IMG/VR virus record: IMGVR_UViG_3300001528_000074
DNA from: an uncultured virus (IMG/VR IMGVR_UViG_3300001528_000074)
Taxonomy: Duplodnaviria; Heunggongvirae; Uroviricota; Caudoviricetes
DNA length: 34,982 nt
Strand: one strand, 5' to 3'
The translations under genes and the position numbers were made by a program. The number at the start of each line of letters is the position of its first letter. Position 1 is the stretch's first letter. Below are positions 9,864 through 18,041 of this stretch, piece after piece. The notes under the pieces are model-generated. The model searched no databases. It was given only the letters and a program-made list of their open reading frames with translations, and had not been told where the DNA came from.

Positions 9864-9925
9864 TAGTGGAGGAAGAGGGATTCGAACCCTCGTCCGATAT
9901 ACTCGCATCATACTCAAACGACTCT
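9864..9925 (-). ncRNA. ssrA: tmRNA, acceptor piece of a permuted two-piece gene
   Basis: GTATATC-GGAC-GAGGG-TTCGAAT-CCCTC-TTCCTCC-A-CTA pairs with GGGGGAA to give a G3:U70 Ala determinant; GTATATC pairs with GATATAC of the coding piece. The 5' boundary is approximate. Confidence 0.8.
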
Positions 9926-10351
9926 TAGAAACTATAAGAGCGATCAAACTCTTATAGCATGAGTGTAGAATATGCACAATTGATCAGATTGTACACACTC
10001 TACACCAGATATTTTGTATAGTGACTAAGTTGGTCTAGCCTAATCTTAATATATACTAAAGAACTTTGATGTTGGCGTGTCATCATACGAATCGGCTCAT
10101 GGCTCTCACGCTTAACATGATTCATGCACATTTAACTCCTGTGTTGGAGGTCTCGTCCATACTGGCTCAAGGCTCTTGTATTTCGTGTCAATTCACGATA
10201 TTTCCCTCACGCAGAACTCTTGTCCGGGTCGCTAACCTAATACCGTCTGCCGATCTTGGTACTTACACACGGTTCAAGACTCTAGTGCTGGACTTAAAAT
10301 TTGTATTTGCACCCTTCTTGATATTGTCCTTGATTGGACTAACGGTACGAT

Positions 10352-10867
10352 TTACCAGTTAGAAGAGCAACGACGCTCAAACTCCCAGTCATAGCAATAA
10401 TATGCTGGATAGTTGTCACGAAGTTCACGTACAAGTTCACGATGCTTATCATCAATCTCAGAGAATGCCTTACGCTTCTCACGATCATTCTCACCAAGTT
10501 GCTTCTCATACTCTGTAGGAGTAATTTTACCTGAAGTAAGATTGTCGAGAAGTTCCTTAGACTTGGTCAATGCAGCCTTAGTTGCATTCTCCTCCTTACG
10601 ACGTTTACGAAGTTCAAGGAGTTCACGCTTGTTAATATAATCAGCCTTACAGATAGCATTACGGAGGATATTAGCCTTACGCTCATCCTTCTCCTTCTGT
10701 ATCTGCTCCTTAGCCATATCGAGAGCCTTATCATCCATCTTATTCTCGTTCTTGATGGTGTCCTCGATGTTTTCTACTACATCAACCTTAGCTGTTGACT
10801 CTACCTGTGCGTTAGCTACGTTCTGTGTGTTCTCTACGTTCTCTACTGAATTGTTCTTTTTAGCCAT
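10352..10867 (-). CDS. hypothetical coiled-coil protein
   Basis: 171-aa ORF with TTATCAAAATTATG leader. Confidence 0.8.
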   Translation of the reverse strand: MAKKNNSVENVENTQNVANAQVESTAKVDVVENIEDTIKNENKMDDKALDMAKEQIQKEKDERKANILRNAICKADYINKRELLELRKRRKEENATKAALTKSKELLDNLTSGKITPTEYEKQLGENDREKRKAFSEIDDKHRELVRELRDNYPAYYCYDWEFERRCSSNW

Positions 10868-11004
10868 AATTTTGATAATTTAAAGGGTTAATGAAATGTT
10901 ATTAAGCGACATATTCGTCGCAGTTGTTAATGTTAATTTTTACTCTTTTAGAATGAGTAAGGTGGACTTTACGTCCACGATACTCTTGTTGTTTACGATA
11001 TGTC

Positions 11005-11436
11005 TTAGCCATTATTCCAAGCTTGATAAAGTCGTGTTATAATCTCTATTGTTTCGTTATTGAAATCATATTTCTTTCTTGCTTCAAGAGAGATTGGTTT
11101 CTTTTGTGAGATAATAGAACATGCTCTAACAAAAGCATCGTTCTCACGAGTATGATCTCTTGTGAAATCATTAAGCTTGGTTATTACATCAAAGGTTAAT
11201 TTAGATAAGTCTTTGACATCTCGTACTGTGCCTGCAATGAATGCGGCTGCGTGGTCGCCATCTTCTGTGTCTAACTTTGGAGGGCGTACTGACTGAACTA
11301 ACAGTTTAGTCAACTGTTCTTCTGATACAGAACTAACTGATGCTGTACCTACAATGAACGGACATTCTTCTATAAGTCTGTCCAACTGGCTCTTTGATGG
11401 AGCCACGCCGTTGTAAATAATTACTACTGCTTTCAT
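11005..11436 (-). CDS. hypothetical protein
   Basis: 143-aa ORF followed by a hairpin at ~10962-10978. Confidence 0.75.
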   Translation of the reverse strand: MKAVVIIYNGVAPSKSQLDRLIEECPFIVGTASVSSVSEEQLTKLLVQSVRPPKLDTEDGDHAAAFIAGTVRDVKDLSKLTFDVITKLNDFTRDHTRENDAFVRACSIISQKKPISLEARKKYDFNNETIEIITRLYQAWNNG

Positions 11437-11439
11437 TTG

Positions 11440-11898
11440 TTAATTGTTTTGAGGTTGTACATTGATTGTATCTGGTTTGTAATGTTCATATTCTTCTAAA
11501 GGCGGTAAATCCTTTAGTTTGTATGCTGCATTACTAATGTTACTATATAGTGTAGTATTACTTCGATACTGTGCTAAAAATGTCTTCCAATCACATGTTT
11601 TGTGTTTAGATATAACATCTTGAGCACATTGTCCTATTGCTGTAGGATGTAGTTTCGAGACTATTTGAATGAATTCATTATACTCCGCTTCAGTCTTCGC
11701 ATAATTAGTAAATTCTACTATATTATTGAATTCTGGATTAGTATATTCTTCAAATCGTTCTGTTAAGACCGAATCTTGTTTAAGATTAAATCCTGTCTTA
11801 CCTGACTCATGATTACATGAGAATAACGTTGCAAAAACGAGAATTAAGGCAATTATGCCTACGATTGTACCGAAAATTGTTAAAAATCTGTCTTTCAT
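11440..11898 (-). CDS. putative lipoprotein
   Basis: Hydrophobic signal ending in the lipobox-like LFS-C. Confidence 0.7.
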   Translation of the reverse strand: MKDRFLTIFGTIVGIIALILVFATLFSCNHESGKTGFNLKQDSVLTERFEEYTNPEFNNIVEFTNYAKTEAEYNEFIQIVSKLHPTAIGQCAQDVISKHKTCDWKTFLAQYRSNTTLYSNISNAAYKLKDLPPLEEYEHYKPDTINVQPQNN

Positions 11899-12054
11899 AC
11901 TTAATTTTGATAATTAAATAGTTAATGAATTTAGTTAATAATGTATAAAATGATCTGCTCGCTCCTAATTTTGCATCCAGGGCTTGCGATTTCCTGGCAT
12001 TGGTAAGTTCTACAGACAAGCCCCTACCCTTGATTGAGTAGAGGCCTGAGGGAA

Positions 12055-12366
12055 TTAGTTAAGGATTAATCTTTTAGGGATAAATCCTGTCTTGGTCTTC
12101 GTGCCAATAAGTGCTAATGCACATCTTGCACCATACTGAGAACATAGTTCTACTTTCTCTTTCACGTTCTTAGTTGTTTGTACTAAGTAACCTTGATACA
12201 AGGCAAAGTATTTGATAGTTTCTTTGCCTTTAGAGTTAGTAGATTTGTGTTCTACGAATTTTACGATACCTTTTTGGTCTATACCAATAGTATCGTTTTT
12301 AACAACAGCCTGTGTCGATAAAGCTGTCATCATCATTAAACAAACAAAAATACACTTTTTTATCAT
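12055..12366 (-). CDS. putative exported protein
   Basis: Signal-peptide-like N-terminus ending TQA, followed by NDTI. Confidence 0.7.
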   Translation of the reverse strand: MIKKCIFVCLMMMTALSTQAVVKNDTIGIDQKGIVKFVEHKSTNSKGKETIKYFALYQGYLVQTTKNVKEKVELCSQYGARCALALIGTKTKTGFIPKRLILN

Positions 12367-12815
12367 AGCAGTTCTATACCTTCTAGTATGACACGTTTTA
12401 TTATACTATATGACGCGGTAGATTTGTGATCGTTCATGTTTACGATACTTGTAATACGTGCAGCATCTACTTTAACGTATCTAATATTACCCCATCCATC
12501 ATTTAAACGCAATATATGTATACCGTCATTGATTTTATCAATCAATGGACCCCATACTTTGTATGACCATTGTATTGCGTTCGTTTGACGATCTATTTGT
12601 ACGATTGTTATACGAGAACAGCGTGTCTTAATACAATGTTCTACATTGTAGTCACGTTCATCAATAATGTAGTCATACAGTTCAATTTCTTTGCCGTTAC
12701 GTATGTGGTGTACATAATATTTTCCTTTGTGTAGGTTACGTAAAACTACATATGGGTCAGTCTTATGCTCATCCATTTTGTGATATACAATATCACCAAC
12801 CTTAATTCTTGTCAT
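12363..12815 (-). CDS. hypothetical protein
   Basis: 150-aa ORF overlapping its neighbours by a few bases. Confidence 0.7.
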   Translation of the reverse strand: MTRIKVGDIVYHKMDEHKTDPYVVLRNLHKGKYYVHHIRNGKEIELYDYIIDERDYNVEHCIKTRCSRITIVQIDRQTNAIQWSYKVWGPLIDKINDGIHILRLNDGWGNIRYVKVDAARITSIVNMNDHKSTASYSIIKRVILEGIELL

Positions 12816-13125
12816 CTGTATTGTTGATTATAGGTGGGACATTATCACTCTTTTTGACATAGGCACGGCATGCATTACACATACTTGGCGATACACCAAG
12901 TGCACACCACTGACGTTTTTTCCTGTAAAAGATACAGTCAGTATATGTAATACTTTGCGCATTGGCAGTCTTTGTCTCTTGCTCTGCTGTTGCAGATTGT
13001 TGGATCTGTTGGTTGTTGTTAATGCTACCATTTGATTTTTTGATTTGTTTGTTTTTGTTTTTCTTTTTGCTCATCTTTGATAGATTAAAGCGTTTTACTT
13101 GGTTACTATAAAGCGACCGTGCCAA
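12802..13125 (-). CDS. hypothetical protein with a Cys cluster (C..C..CxxC); start uncertain
   Basis: ORF track; possible Zn-binding segment. Confidence 0.55.
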   Translation of the reverse strand: MARSLYSNQVKRFNLSKMSKKKNKNKQIKKSNGSINNNQQIQQSATAEQETKTANAQSITYTDCIFYRKKRQWCALGVSPSMCNACRAYVKKSDNVPPIINNTDDKN

Positions 13126-13286
13126 TCGTGGTACATTTGGCGTAATGCGTTCGCTCTTTGTATTGCTTGATGGGCAAGTAACTTGTCAAATAACAAGATA
13201 CTACACCCATCATGCTTAAAGAATACCTTGTAGCAGAACTTTGATTTGTCCGGCTTAGGTGTGATTAAAACATTTCCTTTACGCAT
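13095..13286 (-). CDS. hypothetical protein
   Basis: 63-aa ORF in a tightly overlapping series. Confidence 0.5.
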   Translation of the reverse strand: MRKGNVLITPKPDKSKFCYKVFFKHDGCSILLFDKLLAHQAIQRANALRQMYHDWHGRFIVTK

Positions 13287-13477
13287 AACATCATTATAAA
13301 TCCTATTTTGAATAAGAATGCGAACAATAGTAAGCAGAAATAAAGTTCAGAATTAGTGTAATCATTCTTATGCTTACATATTAACTGAGTTAAAATATTA
13401 CTCCAGAATACTGATAGTAGTGTGGCTACTATTCCTGATAACCACACTACCCAAAAACATACATTATTCATCACCAT
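13265..13477 (-). CDS. small membrane protein
   Basis: Two hydrophobic segments. Confidence 0.55.
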   Translation of the reverse strand: MVMNNVCFWVVWLSGIVATLLSVFWSNILTQLICKHKNDYTNSELYFCLLLFAFLFKIGFIMMLCVKEMF

Positions 13478-13736
13478 TTACATCGTTAGATTGTTCTTCG
13501 TTATAATTATCTTCATCAGCATCCATACAGCTTTTAGCAAGCGATACAAATATTTTGTTGTGTATGTTTATAAGATTACAAAGATCCTCTTTTCCAACAG
13601 TGATATAATCACTGTCATCTTCCTCCATTAGTTCTAAGGATTTCTTACAGAATGCTGCAATCATACCGACCTTCAATATGTCTATTGCGCTTAATACTAA
13701 TACAGAAATGTTTGGTTTTTGTGTTAATGCGATCAT
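13464..13736 (-). CDS. hypothetical acidic protein
   Basis: 90-aa ORF with TTATCAAAAGTTATG leader. Confidence 0.65.
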   Translation of the reverse strand: MIALTQKPNISVLVLSAIDILKVGMIAAFCKKSLELMEEDDSDYITVGKEDLCNLINIHNKIFVSLAKSCMDADEDNYNEEQSNDVNGDE

Positions 13737-13767
13737 AACTTTTGATAAGTTTAATGGTTAATAATGT

Positions 13768-13965
13768 TTAAAGTGATTGCGCTCCGTTCATACAGTATTT
13801 ATCATACTGTTCCCAGAACTTTGAGATTTCTTTGTTCGCTTCTGCTTTTTCTGCAGGTGTTAACGAACCGGTTGCTGACTGTGAGGTTTTGAGAACCTCG
13901 TCCACACTAGTGCATCCCATCGCTATCGCAAGATGTAGATACAGTTTCGTTGTTGGGTTTGACAT
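13768..13965 (-). CDS. hypothetical protein
   Basis: 65-aa ORF with A-rich leader. Confidence 0.6.
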   Translation of the reverse strand: MSNPTTKLYLHLAIAMGCTSVDEVLKTSQSATGSLTPAEKAEANKEISKFWEQYDKYCMNGAQSL

Positions 13966-14266
13966 CTTTGTTTTTGTTTAACATGTTTGCTATTCGTACT
14001 CTTGCACCTTTTAATGTGCCATATGCATCATTTAATACAGATTGCATAGTCTGAAGACATTTTTCTTGATTAGCAAGCATCTTCTGTGTTGCTACTAATG
14101 CTTGATAATAAGGATACTCTTTTTCTTCAGGTTCGTTTGTCTCGTACGAAGTTATTTCAACAGGTTGATTTTGCTTTATGCAAATTGCTACAATCTGTAT
14201 AGCATTATTGAAATCGCTTACGTATACAGGAGCCTTGTCTTTTGGTGTTATTTTGTACTTTTTCAT
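13907..14266 (-). CDS. hypothetical protein
   Basis: 119-aa ORF with AT-rich leader. Confidence 0.65.
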   Translation of the reverse strand: MKKYKITPKDKAPVYVSDFNNAIQIVAICIKQNQPVEITSYETNEPEEKEYPYYQALVATQKMLANQEKCLQTMQSVLNDAYGTLKGARVRIANMLNKNKDVKPNNETVSTSCDSDGMH

Positions 14267-14359
14267 TTTAATAATGTTAAAAATTAAATATAAAACCTAC
14301 ACTATTCTCACGAACCATGTAGGACTGAATTAAAGTAGTTGGGATCTAATCAAATATTT

Positions 14360-14623
14360 TTAAACCTCTTCGGATTCGTCATCACGAGATATAAGATCTA
14401 ACATTGGACCATATATAGTATCAAGTCTATTAATACTACGTATTACATCTTCAATGGCTTGATTAGCGCATGTGTAGTAGTTTACAACTGTCATCCATGT
14501 TGTTCTATCTTTACCATCCGTGCTATCAGCATTACTTTGTGCTGATGTTTGTTTGTCTACGTTCTTTGTCAAGAGGTCTTGTAGATTTTTCTTGACATGT
14601 TCCATTGATGTTTTCGGATACAT
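14360..14623 (-). CDS. hypothetical protein
   Basis: 87-aa ORF with TTATCAAAATTATG leader. Confidence 0.7.
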   Translation of the reverse strand: MYPKTSMEHVKKNLQDLLTKNVDKQTSAQSNADSTDGKDRTTWMTVVNYYTCANQAIEDVIRSINRLDTIYGPMLDLISRDDESEEV

Positions 14624-14730
14624 AATTTTGATAATTTAAAAAGTACGCATTAATACTTCAATCTTCTTTATTGAAGAATAGTTTTATTCTGTTGCCAAGA
14701 AAAACTATAAAAAACTCCGAGTAGGGATTC

Positions 14731-15057
14731 TCAATCATCAAATCCCATAAACTCACTTGCCGTACACGGATCGATAGTGACAAAAGAAGTCATCATAGGA
14801 TACGTGACACAATGATACTTGCCATGCATAAAGACTAATATCTTTAATACACATTTAGGCATTGTGTCGTTAGGATCCTGACCTTCTAAGAACCATGCAT
14901 CGATACCGCTCACGGGACGTGCGTCTGGATAAAGGTATCCAAGTTTCTTAAGAAACTTGTCCTTATGACCCATGTACGATTTTACTCGTCCGCTGTCACA
15001 TACCTTTACCCTAACGTACGTCTTAGATGTTGGTATATACGTCATACTAATATCCAT
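14731..15057 (-). CDS. hypothetical protein (start may be ATG 15045)
   Basis: ORF track. Confidence 0.6.
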   Translation of the reverse strand: MDISMTYIPTSKTYVRVKVCDSGRVKSYMGHKDKFLKKLGYLYPDARPVSGIDAWFLEGQDPNDTMPKCVLKILVFMHGKYHCVTYPMMTSFVTIDPCTASEFMGFDD

Positions 15058-15400
15058 ATTTTTCAGTACACTCCTCCATGAGTTCTAAGAACTCATTCAC
15101 CTTCTTGTTGTATACATTCAAGAAAGTGTCGAACTTATTCTCGTTTTTTAATGCATATAGATCATCATAATCAATAGCATCTGCAACACTTTCTTTTGGA
15201 TAAGTTGCTTCGATGTTTTTCTCTAAACATTCAAGAGAATGTATACAACTATCCATGTATGCAATATTGTCACTGTCTACATTTGCTGTAGTTACAGGCG
15301 TCTTGCATGTTGTAAGTTTTTTTGCTCTTGTTTCGCCAGAGCATGCGCTTGTTATGCAAACTATCGTAAGCATTACAATGAAAAGAATTGATTTCTTCAT
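15047..15400 (-). CDS. putative lipoprotein
   Basis: Start ATG 15400 (MKKSILFIVMLTIVCITSA-C), lipobox-like; TAG stop. Confidence 0.7.
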   Translation of the reverse strand: MKKSILFIVMLTIVCITSACSGETRAKKLTTCKTPVTTANVDSDNIAYMDSCIHSLECLEKNIEATYPKESVADAIDYDDLYALKNENKFDTFLNVYNKKVNEFLELMEECTEKYGY

Positions 15401-15421
15401 GACTTTATAGTTCTTGTTTAT

Positions 15422-15484
15422 TACTCCCATCTGTATTTATAGAGGCTTTGGACTCTCATACTTTCGTATGGCTACATTAAAGTA
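15422..15484 (-). ncRNA. twister self-cleaving ribozyme (type P1)
   Basis: P1 TACTT/GAGTA, L1 TAA, P2 TGTA/TACA, GC, P3 CATAC-GAAA-GTATG, P4 AGAG/CTCT with loop TCCAAAGC, linker ATAAA, then GA-TGG pairing with loop CCA; matches the twister consensus element by element. Confidence 0.85.
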
Positions 15485-15559
15485 CTCGTCTTATTTTTGA
15501 AAATTGAACAAAAGGCTATATCTTAATCGGTATTCCGAAGGGATGTTTCACTCATAATG

Positions 15560-15591
15560 AAAAAAAGGGTGACCTCCGAAGAGGTCAACCC
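15560..15591 (-). terminator. intrinsic terminator
   Basis: GGGTTGACCTC-TTCG-GAGGTCACCC-TTTTTTT directly after a TAG stop. Confidence 0.85.
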
Positions 15592-16065
15592 CTAATCGTT
15601 CACAATACGGTAACGGTTGTCGTTGGCGGCGAGGTGTCTCTGAATTTGCGCACGCTTTTTCTGCTTGAGAACCTCAGGCGGCAAACAGCCGCCTAAGGGC
15701 AACAAGTCAGCACGAACCCAGTCTCCGTTCGCTGTGAAATACTCAAAATGTTGACCCTTTTCGCAGAGTTCGTGTGTATCAAAATCCACAAGGTTGACGA
15801 GTTCTAAGTACTCGTTGACTTCAGTAGGTAAGTTTTCCGTCTTTCCTATTGCAGCCTTGAACACTTCCAAATCTTCGTTCATACTACTTTCTGAATCTTC
15901 AGAGAGGGTAACCTTGTATATTTTGGACGTGTACTCCTTGGCTGCGTATTTGTTTGCAGCCAAAGAAATATGCAAGGTAATATGGTACTTAGTTATACCG
16001 TTTACCGCCTTACCGTCTCTTGAACCAACCACGTTTACGATTACTTTTTTCATTTTCATTTTCAT
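15592..16065 (-). CDS. hypothetical protein
   Basis: 157-aa ORF with its own terminator; several in-frame ATGs at the start. Confidence 0.75.
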   Translation of the reverse strand: MKMKMKKVIVNVVGSRDGKAVNGITKYHITLHISLAANKYAAKEYTSKIYKVTLSEDSESSMNEDLEVFKAAIGKTENLPTEVNEYLELVNLVDFDTHELCEKGQHFEYFTANGDWVRADLLPLGGCLPPEVLKQKKRAQIQRHLAANDNRYRIVND

Positions 16066-16178
16066 TTAATATTTTGCAAATCCGCTGCAACGGGGGTTGG
16101 GGGTGTCCCATTCCGATAATACGTACAGGGGTGTAATTTGTTGCTGTTTCTGATTTCTGCACACTCGATACAACTTTG

Positions 16179-16224
16179 AAAAAAAATAAAAAATAAAAAA
16201 ATAAAAAATAAAAAAATAAAAAAT
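16179..16224. repeat. A-tract tandem repeat (A5-8 T)n
   Basis: Visible run of AAAAA(A)T units. Confidence 0.8.
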
Positions 16225-16251
16225 CCGGAAGACTTAATTGTCCCCCGGATC
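16218..16251 (-). terminator. intrinsic terminator
   Basis: ATCCGGGGGAC-AATTAA-GTCTTCCGGAT followed by a long T-rich tract. Confidence 0.7.
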
Positions 16252-16325
16252 ATCTGGCCATGCTAATATAATCATAGCTCCTATAAATGTCATCAAATAT
16301 ATAGATAACACATGTTGTATGTCAA

Positions 16326-16550
16326 TCATTTCTTTTTATCGTATAGTTCTATATATTTATTAAGATACCATTGAGCTTTCTTAATGTCTTCTATAGGTGT
16401 ATCATGTTTCTTAGCACATCTAAAGAGGTATTTAAAAGCATTGCATCTACAGAACGATAGCACCGAAGGTATTCCGTACTGTTGTATCATTGCATCTATA
16501 CATTCTATATTACCTGTATAATGAGAAGGGTGATTTACATTATCTATCAT
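16326..16550 (-). CDS. DUF3310 / T7 gp1.7-like protein
   Basis: DNVNHPSHY..IECID...NAFKYLFR...EDIKKAQWYL signature. Confidence 0.85.
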   Translation of the reverse strand: MIDNVNHPSHYTGNIECIDAMIQQYGIPSVLSFCRCNAFKYLFRCAKKHDTPIEDIKKAQWYLNKYIELYDKKK

Positions 16551-16613
16551 TGTCCATCCAATTATTTATTATACACACTGTCATATATCCAAGCACTATC
16601 ATAAGCGCTACTG

Positions 16614-17474
16614 TTACTGCTCCAGCCATTTTTTATCAATAAATTCGTTCATTAATGGTTCTGCTAACTCTTTAGCTTGTGGGTGTGGTTTACCTGTAGT
16701 ACCCTTAGCACGTAGATCAAAGAAATGCTTCCAATCACTTACAAAACCTGTCATTACTAACTCTGTTTTCAACGCATTTGGGAGCACTGTAGATGCTTGT
16801 TCAGGTTTCCATCCCTCATTAAGTAGGAAGAAATAATACGTTTCAGCATACTTTAAAGCCGATGTAAGCTGTTCATGTCCAGCTTTATCGTTCTTAGCCC
16901 AACAAGGGTCTATAAAAGTTAACTCATTACCAAACTTATCCTTACTGTAGTTACAGTATCTTGTAGATTCTTGAGCAAATGAGAATACTCTGTGTCTTAC
17001 AAATTCATGCGATACTTGTCTATTACAAGTAAACTTAACAGTTACTCTTTTTTCATGACATTTTGTAGACTCACACCAATGTCTTTCAAGGAAGGCTTCC
17101 CAATCATCTGGGAGTAACTCTACAATAACTCGTAAGTTTGTAGTATAATAGGTGTATCCTTCGTTATCGTAATCAATTCCGTATCTTGTGTAAGGGGATA
17201 ATGAAAGATTTAGTCTTACATCATAAGGATCATTCTTATAGTAATCTTCTTCTTCATTATCAGATTTTTTAAAACGTAAATAGCAAGTACCATGCTCTAA
17301 CATAGCCAGATGACCCGATTTGATCATCATTTTAACGAACTTTTCAGCACTGTCATCAGTGATTTTATCTTCACTTTTATAGCATGTACGACCTGCAAGC
17401 TCTATTTGTTTGTACATACCTTGAATGCCAGGCTCTTGTTCGATTATTTCGTATGAAGGATCAATATATTTCAT
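16614..17474 (-). CDS. thyX: flavin-dependent thymidylate synthase
   Basis: AGRTCYKS, GHLAMLEH, HEFVRHRVFSFAQESTRY (RHR-x7-S motif), HPQ. Confidence 0.95.
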   Translation of the reverse strand: MKYIDPSYEIIEQEPGIQGMYKQIELAGRTCYKSEDKITDDSAEKFVKMMIKSGHLAMLEHGTCYLRFKKSDNEEEDYYKNDPYDVRLNLSLSPYTRYGIDYDNEGYTYYTTNLRVIVELLPDDWEAFLERHWCESTKCHEKRVTVKFTCNRQVSHEFVRHRVFSFAQESTRYCNYSKDKFGNELTFIDPCWAKNDKAGHEQLTSALKYAETYYFFLLNEGWKPEQASTVLPNALKTELVMTGFVSDWKHFFDLRAKGTTGKPHPQAKELAEPLMNEFIDKKWLEQ

Positions 17475-18023
17475 TTATCGTTTATTAGTTTTAATAATTT
17501 TTTCTAACTCTTGTTCAGAAAATTTACTGCTTTTATCCATGCTGGATTCTATACGGCGTCCTAAAGATGCTTCTACATGTGCATAGTACTTGTTACATTC
17601 TGCTAGTTGGGGGTTTCCGTCATCGTCTTTGATTATGTGTTTGAAAGTTAATGATTTCTTCCAGTTATTGTACTTATTAAGTGCTTCATAGTACTGGTAA
17701 CGTGGTGTGAATTGGTATATATAAGCAAACATGCGTTCAGGGGTAACACAACCACAAGAGCTGAGATTACATATACGACCAATAAAGGACTGAACACCAT
17801 CATCACCAAACTGTTTAGCGAGTGTTTCAAATTCATCTTTACTTTTCTTGAAGTATTCATTATCTTCGTCATATGTAGGTTCTACTTCTGCTAAATAACA
17901 TGCATTCATTGGTGTACCATGTATGAAGAAGTACTTACATGTATCAGTAACAGGGGTACTAGTAGCCTGCATACTAAGGAAATCAGCATAGTAGAGTATT
18001 AAATTTAATTTGACAATGTTCAT
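17475..18023 (-). CDS. hypothetical protein
   Basis: 182-aa ORF abutting thyX. Confidence 0.75.
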   Translation of the reverse strand: MNIVKLNLILYYADFLSMQATSTPVTDTCKYFFIHGTPMNACYLAEVEPTYDEDNEYFKKSKDEFETLAKQFGDDGVQSFIGRICNLSSCGCVTPERMFAYIYQFTPRYQYYEALNKYNNWKKSLTFKHIIKDDDGNPQLAECNKYYAHVEASLGRRIESSMDKSSKFSEQELEKIIKTNKR

Positions 18024-18041
18024 AAGTAAGTTATTTCTTTA

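Noticed and set aside
15401..15430. Track start at 15430 for the lipoprotein
   Set aside because: Lies within the twister ribozyme; ATG 15400 gives a normal signal peptide
16062..16253. 63-aa ORF with an FFIFLFFIF stretch
   Set aside because: Artefact of the A-tract repeat and terminator
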